Shown: piece after piece, positions 39,668 through 54,010 of the stretch
How the letters are laid out: each line of letters opens with the position of its first letter
Position numbering within the stretch: the stretch's first letter is position 1
NCBI RefSeq assembly: GCF_006345805.1
Contig: NC_043005.1
Coordinates: 66,154,001 to 66,218,000 of the forward strand
DNA: 64,000 bases
Direction: 5' to 3'
Origin: Octopus sinensis
Taxonomy: Eukaryota
The notes under the pieces: model-generated
What the model was told of the DNA's origin: nothing
Databases searched by the model: none
What the model saw: only the letters and a program-made list of their open reading frames with translations
Program-made: the position numbers and the translations under genes

Positions 39668-40720
39668 TCCATGAAACTTTTACTGTTGCACTACCGATAT
39701 CAAATACTTTACATCATGATTATATGAGGTTGTTGTGAGAGCTATGCAACCAACACTGGTTTCATTAGTAAGGCTACTCTAATTGTACTCGACAAAGTGC
39801 ATCACTAAAAACAACAGCTCACAAAAGTACATACTCTTAACAATACTGCTTGAAATTTTTCAGACATGCAAAAGTTTCAGGAACGTGACTCCATAGCAGA
39901 GTTTTCTGCATTTTTTGCAGTATTCATGTTACTAAACGATCGCTTCAGTGTTTTCAAATTAAGTATGGTAATTTACAATGTTTTTTTTTCTTTACCACCA
40001 AATTAAGCTGCTTTTCTAAAAGAATTACTTTCAACTTAAATCTATCCATTGAAACAATTCTAAATTCAAGTTGTCTGACGTCTCACAGTCGAAAAAGTTA
40101 ATGAATTTTGCAATTTCTTGAGATGATCTGAAGTTAGTAAATGTTAAAAGTTATTCAGCAGTTGATTTAACGGTGCTCAGTAATTGCTTTTGAGCAACCT
40201 GAATGTCTGTTCTATGAGGAACTTAAGAACAGTCATGTGTTTTTTAAGGTTTAGGAAGTATGTAAAAGCGCCACTGTGATGCTGTTGAAAAACTTTTATA
40301 GTTTCATTTCAAAGGCGTTTATTTAATCAAATATATTGTGAAGTGTTTTACCAGATAACTGTTAATTATTGTTGAAATACTTTAAGTGTAAAGGAAAAAA
40401 ATCTGCAAAGAGCATTAATCTATAAATTCAAACAACGTCAGATAATTCTTGGCAAAAAAGAAAAAACGTCAAAAAATAAAACGAACAAAACAAAACACTA
40501 ACTTCAAACAAACGCTAAATAAACCGTTTAAGAATAGAACCGTGACTTAACCATCAAACAGTGTTGTATGTAAGTAGTCCTGTGTACATCGATTTCATCT
40601 GAGTAAATAAAAACATTTTTTAGTTTTTTACAGTTCGGGCAGATATAAAATTAACTAAATTGCTCACAAAATTGTTAACTACACTTACTTGTAATCTCTT
40701 GCTAACAGAAGATCGCGTTC
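39668..40720 (-). pseudogene. hAT (Charlie/GTF2IRD2-like) transposase remnant
   Basis: With stops and frameshifts: VVNNFVSNLVNFISAR..YTGLLTYNTV*WLSHGSILKRFI*RLFEV (the VRWLSRG motif at 40542-40553); TNFRSSQEIAKFINFFD..LNLELFQWID; WSHVPETFACLK..SMYFCELLF.VMHFV..SSLTNETSVGCIALTTTSY (hATC dimerisation domain). Confidence 0.8.
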
Positions 40721-40815
40721 ATTCGCATCTTTCTCTAGTTGAAGGCGAAATGAATATTAACTACAGGATCACTTACCAGCAGTTTCTTTGATGATATAAG
40801 ATTAATTACGGGCAT

Positions 40816-41152
40816 GATATGAAGGCGCTTGGCTCAGTGGTTAGAACCTCGGGCTCACAATTATAAGGTGGTGAGTTCGATTCCCGGATCGGGCTGTGTC
40901 TTGTGTTCTTGAGCAAGACACTTTATTTCACGTTGCTCCTTTTCACTCAGCTATAGAAATGAGTTGTGGAGTCACTGGTGCCAAGCTGTATCAACCGTTG
41001 TCTTTCCCTTGGACAACATTGGTGGCATGGAGAGGGAAGGCTGGTATGCATGGATGACTGCTGGTCTTCCGTAAACAACCTTGCCTGGACTTGTGTCTCG
41101 GAGGGTAACTTTCTAGGTGCAAACCATTGTCATTCATGACTGAAGGGGGTCT
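40816..41152 (+). mobile_element. tRNA-derived SINE (head H2 + tail T3) with 14-bp TSD
   Basis: GGCGCTTGGCTCAGTGGTTAGAAC..GAGTTCGATTCCCGG..TGTGTTCTTGAGCAAGACACTT. TSD TTAATTAC(G/A)GGCAT at 40802-40815 and 41153-41166. Confidence 0.85.
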
Positions 41153-41323
41153 TTAATTACAGGCATTACTCGTAACTTTTGTGATCAGTGTAATACACAT
41201 GTTGCTGCATTGACCAGATGGCCACTTGTTATCAAAAGTTAATAACATACAATATCATCATGAAGGAATATCCTGAGGTTGTTGATTGAAGATATTGTAT
41301 CTAAGGGGGGTTTGTAATGTCTG

Positions 41324-41880
41324 TCAAGTCACGACAAGGACCCAAGACAATATGCGTGCAGTTCCAAGTAATGCCGACTTTTGCAATACACCTAGATTGT
41401 AGGGTATTTCTAAAGTTTTCAGATGTTTTTTTTCAGATTGGGTGGTATTGAATCCAATGCTCTGATGACAATTGGGGTAACATTTAAGTTTGACTCTCGT
41501 AGTTGCCACATCTTAGTGATCTCACTTCTCAGGTCTCCATATTTATTAACCTTTTCTCTTTCTTTCATGATGATATGTTGATCTCTTGCCGCTGCCACAT
41601 CAGTTATTAGGCACTGTTGTTTGTCCCTCCTAAAGGTTACTATATCCGGCCTTCTGTGCTCTAATACCTTGTCTGCCTGGAAGTGAAAGTCCCAGAGAGT
41701 ATTTGCCTTCCCCTTTTCGTTCATTACCTTTTGCCAGTGTATGTTGGTACCAAGCACCTGTAACTTCATATCCATACTTACGGCAGAGTAGCCAGTGGAG
41801 GTTTTGAGCTACCATGTCGTGTCTACGCTTATACTCTTTCTGCGCAAGACTTTCACAAGCGCTAACAACGCGAGTCACGC
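41324..41880 (-). mobile_element. R4/Dong-clade non-LTR element, CCHC + RLE endonuclease remnant
   Basis: VVSACESLAQKEYKRRHDMVAQNLHWLLCRKYG..WYQH/..NTLWDFHFQADKVLEHRRPDIV..CLITDVA..DQHIIMKEREKVNKYGDL.SEI.KMW..PIVI.AL../LQKSALLGTARIL. The 5' truncation abuts a (TAA)n-like tract at 41881-41905. Confidence 0.9.
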
Positions 41881-42469
41881 TATTGTTATTTTTATTATTA
41901 TTACTTTGTGTCTAAATCAAGTCTATTCATTATCTGTCAAAAATAACCCAAACAATACGGTGGATGTGTGTGTGTGTGTGTGTGTGTGGTGCTTGGGAAT
42001 CTGAGATTGTTATTTAAGAGAATAAGAAAACAGTCAAAAGATTCAAAATATAGTGTTAGCATAATTCACAGCCTATTTCTGACAGTAATCGCTTCGTGAA
42101 CGCCGGTGCAGTGACTTCCATAGTTACAATAATAACATAATATTTGATAATTCACAAACACTCAGACATACATACAGTATATCCACATTCTGATATAAAC
42201 ATATGAATCACATATACATTAGTATACAGACATATATATATAATACACATGCAGTGAGACACAGAACAAACACCATGATATTACAACAATTTTCAGTAAC
42301 ATGATTATGTTGATGCACAAACAGATGTTGAAATTCAAAAACTGATACTAGCTCTGACAGTAATGTTGTCAACTATATCATAACTGAAAGAGACAAGAAG
42401 CAACACCTCATCTTGAGTGTCTAAAGAAATCTGTCTCTACTTGCTAAAAGTGTGTACGAATGTATACAA

Positions 42470-42516
42470 ACACACACATACACACACACACATATATATA
42501 TATATATTATATATAT

Positions 42517-42564
<48 letters not shown>

Positions 42565-42616
42565 ATATATATATACACATATATATATATATACACATAT
42601 ATATATATATACACAT

Positions 42617-42650
<34 letters not shown>

Positions 42651-42658
42651 AGCACATA

Positions 42659-42705
<47 letters not shown>

Positions 42706-42947
42706 GTATACATACGCACATAAGTATAGATATGATGTAAATAAATATATATACATATGCACATATACACAAACGTATATAGTGATATACACTCATATAT
42801 AAACGTGTATATATTATATGTCTGTATGTTTACTGATGTGCATACGTATAAATATATTTGTATATTTTATATATGTACTGCATTTATGCATTTTTACTGT
42901 ACACAGACACACACGTAGACATATACTGCATGTATATATGTATAGAG

Positions 42948-43027
<80 letters not shown>

Positions 43028-43030
43028 AGT
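42470..43030. repeat. Interrupted (TA)n/(CA)n microsatellite cluster
   Basis: Direct reading. Confidence 0.85.
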
Positions 43031-43420
43031 ATAATATATATCAAAAAGTTATTCAAATGCAAATGGAACTACAAATAACAGTTTCTAGCATATTGGACAA
43101 AAATATTGGATAGAAAATAAAACAAAAAGATGCACCTATAAAGAACGAAATATTTATCTATTGGCCCTCATATGACCACACCAAAGATACCTGAAAATTT
43201 TTATCCTTTTAAATTAGGTAATTCAACTGTACAAGTAAAAAAGTGAGTCTGTACATAAATAGAATCTGCAAGAGTACTATCATTTCATGTTGTTTCCCTC
43301 CATCAGCATTACATTAAACACGCGATGTATTATATATTACATACACATCTGCCACGGAAAAATATGTACATGCCCTTTTTCAGGCGTTCTTTCATATGAT
43401 ATATATATATATATATATAT

Positions 43421-43794
43421 ATATCAATAGTTATCGCCAAGTTGATATGGCAGTCAATAAATATAGGACGAAAGCTGCCGTTGATTAGCTCCAAGAGGCC
43501 ATCGCCTCTAGCTAGCTATATGACACACGAACGTGTGTCCATTATAACCTTCCAGCAGGGGAGGTTAGCCGCTTCCCCTTGCTGGTCAGGCATCTGCAGA
43601 TATGTTTCAGGGTATTTACCCTTTATCAATGCAGAGTAGCCGAACCCAGCAGGCGTCGCGACTGACCGTCTGTTCGAAGGATTATTTACCTAAATTCAGT
43701 GAAATACCTCCACTGTTTTTCAAGAGCTAATCAACGGCAGCTTTGGTTCTATATTTATGGACTGCCATATTAGCTTGGCTATAACCATTAATAT
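43421..43794. mobile_element. MITE with ~70-bp TIRs and a hairpin-rich interior
   Basis: The left ATATCAATAGTTATCGCCAAGTTGATATGGCAGTCAATAAATATAGGACGAAAGCTGCCGTTGATTAGCTC pairs with the right GAGCTAATCAACGGCAGCTTTGGTTCTATATTTATGGACTGCCATATTAGCTTGGCTATAACCATTAATAT. Confidence 0.85.
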
Positions 43795-43901
43795 CCAGTA
43801 CCGCTGCCGTAGTCTCCTTTAGAGAGACTTAGAAATATTATTTCTATATAGATATAGATATAGATATACATAATACACACACACACACATACACACACAC
43901 A

Positions 43902-43952
<51 letters not shown>

Positions 43953-43961
43953 ATATATATA

Positions 43962-46056
<2,095 letters not shown>

Positions 46057-46215
46057 ATATACATACATATATATACATATATATATACACACATATATGC
46101 ATATAAAGAGATGTTCATGTATATATATATATGTACATATACTTATGTTTATATACATAGGCATATATTTATATGAAAACATATTTGAATATATATATAA
46201 ATGTACATATGTATA

Positions 46216-46267
<52 letters not shown>

Positions 46268-46283
46268 TATGTACATATATGTA

Positions 46284-46324
<41 letters not shown>

Positions 46325-46538
46325 GCATACACACACACACATATATATATATACACATATGAACAAATGTATATGTATATATATATATATATATATTTAA
46401 ATATATGTGTGTACGTATGGTGTATATATATGTATACAATAGACAGATGGAATTATAAACGCTGGCCTACACGGACGCACATATGCAGATGTGTGTGTAT
46501 TTGTATTTGTGTGTGTGTGTGTATGTGTGTGTGTGTGT

Positions 46539-46588
<50 letters not shown>

Positions 46589-46819
46589 TGCAGTATCTGA
46601 ATATTTGATGGTTGCTAGAGTTAATCAAACTCCCAAATCTTAATCAGGAATGGCAAGTATCACAGCTGAACGAATTAATCAATACTTTCTAAACTGCGTT
46701 AATAAGTTTGACATCGATGCCGGTTCTATCTTTGACGTAATACTACACTTGGTTGGAGTAACTGAAATATTTAGCGTCTGTACTTTACTTGTAAAGAGGA
46801 AATTGTTTGAAATTAACAA

Positions 46820-46978
46820 TGGCGTTGATAATGATGGCTGCGAAGATGATTACGCCGAAGACGATGCTGGTGTGTATGACGATATAGATGAGTATAATGC
46901 CAATGATGATGATGATGATGGCGATGATGAGGTGGACAATGATGATGACGATGACGATGACGATGATGGTGTTCATTG
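46820..46978. repeat. Degenerate (GAT)n repeat
   Basis: Direct reading; source of the poly-Asp ORF 46650-46979. Confidence 0.8.
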
Positions 46979-47152
46979 ATTCACTCATTCAAGTTCATTC
47001 TAGTTTGTACTAAGACACTCTATATATATATACCTTTTCTATGACTTATCTGTCTGTCTGTCTCACACACATATATAAATATAGACACACATGTATATAT
47101 ATATGAATACACAGACGCACATATACACACATATATAAATACTCAGACACAT

Positions 47153-47203
<51 letters not shown>

Positions 47204-48538
47204 AAGAAAGAAACAGGGAGAGAGAAGGAGAGAGAGATGTATGTACGTGTGTATGTATGTATGTATGCATGTATGTGTGAACATCTGTGATGAGTGTGTG
47301 TATGACAGAAACAAAGCGAAGAGAGAGAAAGAATTAGAGAGAGATTTGACAGAAGCAATTTTAAAAACCTAACCAACCATGTTAGTTCATATTAAATTCT
47401 AGTAGAACTTGGTATTATACATATCGTTAGGTCGGTTCATTGGCAGCAGCAACAGTTGATGAGAATCACTTGAAGAGAGACGCAAATTCTATAACCGTAC
47501 CAAGAGTAGATCGTGTAACAGCTTGGTCTGTTAAAATGGACCGGTGCTAGGTAGAATTAGCTCTAAATACTGTAAGAAATCTGCCAATAGCTTGAACAGA
47601 GGGCAACTTATCTTCATTGTGCTCCTTCAACTGTAAACTAAAAGTTTGCTTCGGAATAGGCACACTAATTGCTTCAATCGTTCATTTTGTTGAGAAACGT
47701 TTCTCCTCAATGTAAAGAGAAAACGTAGGAATGTATTTCATTCCCCAAAGAGCTTAGGTGTCTAACTCTATTAAGACCCAGTCCAAGAAAGTAAGTAAAC
47801 AGTCGCATAGAGCTATATCCTTTATTATTTTGGGTCTTTTTTCTCATTGTAATTTATCATTATACTGTTCTTGTAGAGCCAAATCTGCGTCGTGCAATTC
47901 CTGTAGTTTGAATATCAGCGATCTCTCGATGCTCCAGAATTTCGTGGAAAAAAACACCAGAAAAATATTTCGATTTTGTCTGATATGAGTTCCCTGCATG
48001 TAAAATTCATCTACCATCTCTCGAGTTTCTCAGTTTTTGTTTTTCTCTCAGATGTTTCTATCAGGATTTTGCAGTAACTATTACTCTTCTATTATGTTGC
48101 GTACAACATCTCCAATACCACTTAATTTATCCACCATATCTCACTTTATGCCCTCCACAGAGTGTATCATCCATCTAAGCACCATAAAACACCGTACTGC
48201 GCACACTTCACTATTTCTCTATTCACCAAAATTGCTGCGTCCTAAAACACGTTTTTTGTTTACAATTTTTCCGCAACCACCAAACAATAGATATTCAAAT
48301 CGGCCTCATCATTTGTTTAAGAACTACCGAAGATCATTGGCACAGTACATTCTACTCCTCTCACTGAACTTTATTACACAATCGCAGAAGTTACAGGCAG
48401 ACGTTGCACTAGAGTGACAATTGAGATAGCATCACACTTGATGGTGGAATTATTTCTGGCTTCTTGGAGTTCTTTTATCTTTTTCCTCCTTTTACTTGTT
48501 TTAGTATTTGGACTACGGCCATAATAGAATACCTCTTG

Positions 48539-48612
<74 letters not shown>

Positions 48613-48752
48613 ATATTATATTATATTAAATTAGAGATAAAACCACTATTAGGCAAATCAAACAATGAAAAACATAAGCCAATACATAAAATTAATTAAT
48701 TTATATTATTTTAAATATATATCAAAAGTATTAAAAGTTTAATAAAGATAAA

Positions 48753-48785
<33 letters not shown>

Positions 48786-48788
<3 letters not shown>

Positions 48789-49710
48789 TGAATCGCAAAA
48801 GAAACGCGAGACGAGTGTGACTGTGAAATATGTTTTAATTTCATTATGTCATAGATAAATTTTGATAAATCTGAGAAAGTCATGGGTCGTTGTCATGTGT
48901 ATTATGGTAGTGGGTGGATCCATCACATCGAGATTGTAGGGCGTGACATGTTCAATACGTCTATGCCCTCCCTGGATGTTCAAAACGGCCATACACCGTC
49001 TGTACATTAAGTGCATGAGGCGGTTCACAAGAGCCATTGGGATCTGTACCCACACCCTGAGAAAAGCTGCAAAGCTGCGTCCAGTTCCACACGAGTTGTC
49101 GGCCTTGGGACCACCTGGTCCAGCCGTCTCTGGATTTCATCCCACAGGTGTTCAATTGGGTTCAAACCAGGCTAAGAGCCGGCCACGGCATGGTTTTGAT
49201 GTTGTGGTGACACAGGAGGTATTGTCCTACTGAAGTATCGTTGTGATGACACAGGGAATATTGTCCTGCTGGAATACGTGGCTATGGTGACGCGCAAAGA
49301 AGGACACAATCTGTGGTCTTATGATCTAGTCAACGTAACGCTGCGCTGTGATGCCATTCCTTCTACTTGCACCAACATATTGGAAAACATGGGGCCCAAT
49401 TCTCTGATTCAGACCTATAGCATTCCAAACCACTTCACGCGTCTCAGTCCATGACACATGCGTCTCTGTAGCGTTTATTTCTTCCTACGCCACGCCCTCA
49501 CTCTGCCATCCGAGGTGGAAACGTAGCACTGGCTGTCGTCAGAGAAGACTATCGATTTCCATTGTTGATACCGTCAATGTCGGTGCTGTGTAGCCCACTG
49601 TAGTCGTGCCTGGTGGTGGCGGTCGGTGAGGGCATGCTCTCGAGCAGGACGACCGCAACACAGGTTGTTGGCGGCCAGTCAATGTCGTACCGAGTAGTCG
49701 TCGCGGATGG
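48786..49710 (-). mobile_element. Tc1-type transposon remnant (DDE domain to 3' end)
   Basis: RRLAANNLCCGRPAR.HALTDRHHQARLQWATQH..WKSIVFSDDS..DGRVRAWRR; QQDN; HNIKTMPWPALS..NPIEHLWDEIQRRL..RVWVQIPMALVNRLMHLMYRRCMAVLNIQGGH. A probable TIR end TA-CTGAATCGCAAAAGAAACGC lies at ~48786. Confidence 0.88.
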
Positions 49711-49714
49711 GCAG

Positions 49715-50058
49715 CTGTGTATGGAATTTTTTCAAACCGAATATGATTGCTAACGCTTCTTTTTCTATCTGGCTATAGTTCCTTTCGCAGGTAATAACGA
49801 TCGTGACGCATGGTCTATAGCCTTTTTACTCCAATCGTCATATTTGTGCAGAACAGCTCCTACACCGTAATCACTCGCATCTATAGCCAATGTAATATCC
49901 AACTTTGGATCAAAATGCGTTAATGATGAGGCTGATGTTAATGATAAGTCTGATGTTAAAATGTCTTTTTAACTCATAAAATGCCTTCTGGCAATTATCA
50001 GTTCAATACCATTTTGCATTTTTCTTTAGCAGATCACTGAGCAGGGCCCTTACATTAT
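49715..50058 (-). mobile_element. Ty3/Gypsy LTR-retrotransposon RT-connection/RNase H fragment
   Basis: RALLSDLLKKNAKWY*TDNCQKAFYELK../LTSDLSLT..HFDPKLDITLAIDASDYGVGAVL/..ASRSLLPA/.NYSQIEKEALAIIFGLKKFH. Confidence 0.9.
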
Positions 50059-50515
50059 GTATGTTGTGAGTGTAAATTTGATAAATTTATCGTTGTCGTC
50101 ATCATCATCATTGTCATCGTCGTTATCATCGTTGTCGTCATCATTATCTTTCGTTGTATTTCACCAACTGAATGAAAATCACTCCTTATCTTTCTCCCTG
50201 TTTATCTCCCCCTCTCACTTGTCTATCACTTTTAAAATCTATCACTTTATCGATCAATACAAACCACTGATAAACCACACACTTTATCTTAATTTTATTT
50301 ACGAGAACCTACAAACTTTGTCAAAACAATAAACTTAACTTTTCGATCTTTCCATGATAAATTAACTACTTGACATAATGACCTGGACACCTTATTTACT
50401 CACTAGCATTCTTTCTACCTCCTCCCCACCTCTCAAAATTTAGCAAAAATTCCTGGAAATTCGAAAGTTATGGAAGCAAGAGCACACACCAATGGGGGAA
50501 TATATTAATTCTTCT

Positions 50516-50750
50516 CAGGGCGGCGAGCTGGCAGAAACGTTAGCGCGCCGGGCGAAATGCTTAGCGGTATTTCGTCTGTCGTTACGTTCTTAGTTCAAAT
50601 TCCGCCGAGTTCAACTTTGTCTTTCATCCTTTCGGGGTCGATAAATAAAGAACCAGTTTCGCACTGGGGTCGATGTAATCGACTTAATCCCTTTTGTCTG
50701 TCCTTCTTTGTCCCCTCTATGTTTAGCCCCTTGTGGGTAGTAAAGAAATA
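50516..50750 (+). mobile_element. Young Meta/MESC-type SINE with 15-bp TSD
   Basis: Full copy. TSD TATATTAATTCTTCT at 50501-50515 and 50751-50765. Confidence 0.92.
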
Positions 50751-51699
50751 TATATTAATTCTTCTTCTTCTTCTTCTACTTCTTCCTCCCCCTCCTTCTA
50801 TTCCCTCATCCTTTTTTTTATAGAGAATAAAAATCAAGAAATAAAAGCAACTGAAATGTTCTGTTTCTAAACTAAATATTCAACTACTTAACTCTTTATT
50901 TTTGCATTCGTTTGACAATATCATTAGACTGAAACATTGATTTTTCTAATGAAAAAATTTAAGAAATAATATTTAATGATACATTAAAAATAAAATTTTC
51001 GGAAATTAACGTTTTGAATCCTTGAATCCTTTTTTTGATAGTAACTTAGTTCATTAAATAGCCCTGATATATATATATATATATATTTGTGTGTATGCGT
51101 GCGCGCGTGCGTGTATGCATTTATGTGTATGTGTGCATATATATATATACACACACATATATATTTGTATAAACACACGCACACATATATGTTGGCGGGC
51201 AGTCTTCGATTTTTCTATCCCAAAGGCTTCGTAACTTAATACCTGAGCACTATTATCTATAGCTCTAACTGCTTCCAGATCCACCTTTCCTAAAAGGAAT
51301 TACACACACACACGCACACACACACACACAGAGGCACACATGTATATTGTTTGTGTGTGTGTGAGTCTGTGTGTATTTATGCCTCTGTGTGTGAATGGTG
51401 CTTTATGTCTGTATGTATGTATGAATGTACCCGCTTTTATGTCTTTGTATGTACAGTTGTAAATCAGTGCGAATATTTCAATGGTATTTACATTTCTGAA
51501 AGAGGCAAGTTTCTTAATGTAGGTTAAATTAATCGTCCGATAAATATAGCTCGAGAAATTAAGCACCAAACTAAGTACTGCGGTCAATAAAATTGAATAA
51601 ATTTTTCATGGTAGAATTCCGTGGCTAACCCCATTCCACTAATGGATAGTAGAAAAAGCTTAATAGACTAACGTCTAACTTTCATCCTATAATTTATTT

Positions 51700-51865
51700 T
51701 CTTTGAACTGTAAGGCCTGAAATTTTGAGGGAGGGGGCAAGCCGATTACATCGAACAGAGCGCTTGGCTTCTACTTGTCGATCTCGAAGGTTTCTGAACT
51801 TAAAACGTAAAGCCAGGAGAAAATGCGGGAACATTTCGGCCAGAATGCTTAATGACGCTGCCAGC
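51700..51865 (-). mobile_element. Degraded Meta/MESC-type SINE
   Basis: AAGGCCTGAAATTTTGAGGGAGGGGGCAAGCCGATTACATCGA..CATTTCGGCCAGAATGCTTAATGACGCTGCCAGCTCG. Confidence 0.65.
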
Positions 51866-52306
51866 TCGAAGCTTTGCTTATATTTTTATAGAACGACAGG
51901 TACTTTTAATATCCGGCAGAGGAGTCAAAACAAAAAGGAACAAAAGGAGAAAAAAAACCCTTCTATTCTACTACATGATAGACCGGAAAAATGAGTGGGC
52001 AAATGAATAATATCCCACCGCCACATGTATTGTTTCTTAAGTAGCACATACATACACATACACACATATACATGTAACGGTATGCATTTACATGCTTGTA
52101 TCTAATATATATTAGAATATATTTAAGTATCCATCTATTTATCTGTTTATATCCACTCGTAGTTATATACACATACTAGCACAAACCAACATGTAGATGT
52201 TTGTAAGTATTTATTTCTGTATCTCGTCATGCTTTAAACAATTTGAAATAGTGGAAACACTTCAGACCTGTATGTCTGTGTATACATACATACAAATATA
52301 TATATA

Positions 52307-52346
<40 letters not shown>

Positions 52347-52976
52347 AAAGATTTGGCAAGTGAAATGTTTACCAAATGAGGTTTTCGGCAATAAAGTTTG
52401 ACCTTTGAACTCTGTTCTGGGTTTTATTATAAATGGAACAGCCAATAAATATATCAATCAATATAAGTGTAAAATACCATTTTAACGCAATTTTCCTTCT
52501 CATCTTGCTGCTTCATCTTAGTTGTTGTTGTTGTTGTTCTTCCTCTTCTTTGTCTTCTTTTATTTGCTTATTCATAGTGTTTCTTTATCCCCTTTTCTGC
52601 ACATCATCATAGTCTCTCTCTCTCTCTCTCTTTCTCACCTCCTTTAGCTCTTTCCTTTCCCCATCTCTCCTCCATCTTCCACGTCCTCATTTCCGCCTTT
52701 TCCTTCACGAAGTCCACTACTTTGTGCTTTGAGTATTACGTTGATTTGTAAAGCCGAAATTGGAGGTGGTTGTTTAAGCACAATAGGTTAAACATATATA
52801 ATAGATAGAAACACTAGAAATGAAGAAAACTAGACATAATAGGTGTAGCAGATTTAACAAGAAACAACAAATTAAGATATGATTATTAAGTTATGTAAAA
52901 AGCTCCGCCTATTATGGCTATTTCACCGAATAAGTATAACAACAATAACAGGTTTTTAAGAAACCCATATATATGT

Positions 52977-53619
52977 GGTATGACATATATACTAACACAG
53001 CAGATATAATAGACATAACAGATATTCGAGGGAGACACTACATGTCCAATAGACGCACGAAAGCTACTAGTTATAAGAGATACAAAATACATAATATAAG
53101 AAACCTAGCAGATGCACCAGATGCAACAGAAATACCAGTAAGGCGGCGAGCTGGCAGAAACGTTAGCGCGTCGGGCGAAATGCGTAGCCGTATTTCGTCT
53201 GCCGTTACGTTCTGAGTTCAAATTCCGCCGAGGTCGACTTTGCCTTTCATCCTTTCGGGGTCGATAAATTAAGTACCAGTTACGCACTGGGGTCGATGTA
53301 ATCAACTTAATCCGTTTGTCTGTCCTTGTTTGTCCTCTCTGTGTTTAGCTCCTTGTGGGTAGTAAAGAAATAGATATTCGAGCGAGACACTACATGTCCA
53401 ATAGACGCGTGGAAGCTACTTGTTATAAGAGATACAAAATACGTAATATAAGAAATCTAGCAGAAATACTAGATGCAACAGAAATACGAATTATATCAGC
53501 TGTAACAAACATCTCGTATACACAGATGTTTGTTACCAACCCATGTACAGGAGGTATGACATATATACTAACACAACAGGTATAACAGACGTAATAGATA
53601 CTCGAGGGAAACACTACAT
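52977..53619. repeat. Local mosaic tandem repeat A-B-[SINE]-B-C-A-B'
   Basis: The ~115-bp B unit (AGATATTCGAG(G/C)GAGACACTACATGTCC..GCAACAGAAATAC) occurs at ~53020 and ~53372. The A unit GGTATGACATATATACTAACAC occurs at 52977 and 53553. Confidence 0.85.
53141..53373 (+). mobile_element. Young Meta/MESC-type SINE
   Basis: GGCGGCGAGCTGGCAGAAACGTTAGCGCGTCGGGCGAAATG..GAGTTCAAATTCCGCCGAGGTCGACTTTGCCTTTCATCCTTTCGGGGTCGATAAATTAAGTACC..GTGGGTAGTAAAGAAATAG. Confidence 0.92.
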
Positions 53620-53961
53620 TATTTCAAAACATTTTGTCATAAAGGCATGATACAGAGTAGCTTGCGGGCTGGACAAAAACATTGATGAGATGAATGATGA
53701 AATAAAATATTAATGGGAGAAGACAAACAACGCCCGCTGATCCTTTGCTTCTCTAAAAAATTATTTTTTTACACAAAAAACAGACCGAGGTACTGAACTT
53801 TTTACTTCCGTTTTTACAATTATTGGACTTAATAGTCCATTTACAAATTAAAACATTATTTTTACACAAAAAACAAAACGAGTTATTGAACCTCTTACTT
53901 CCGGTTTTACAAATTTTGGACTTAATAGTCCATTTACAAAATGAGGCACCGAGTCTCTTAC
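53620..53961. mobile_element. Unclassified 342-bp insertion with a 9-bp flanking duplication and an internal 93-bp tandem repeat
   Basis: ACACTACAT at 53611-53619 and 53962-53970, with the interrupted B unit resuming as GTCCAATAG. Internal repeat anchors at 53771 and 53864. Confidence 0.55.
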
Positions 53962-54010
53962 ACACTACATGTCCAATAGTAGTGTCGCAGTGATCGATGT
54001 GAGATGAAGT

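Noticed and set aside
46650-46979. 109-aa ORF with a poly-Asp tail
   Set aside because: The 3' half is (GAT)n and the N-terminal half matches no family I recognise.
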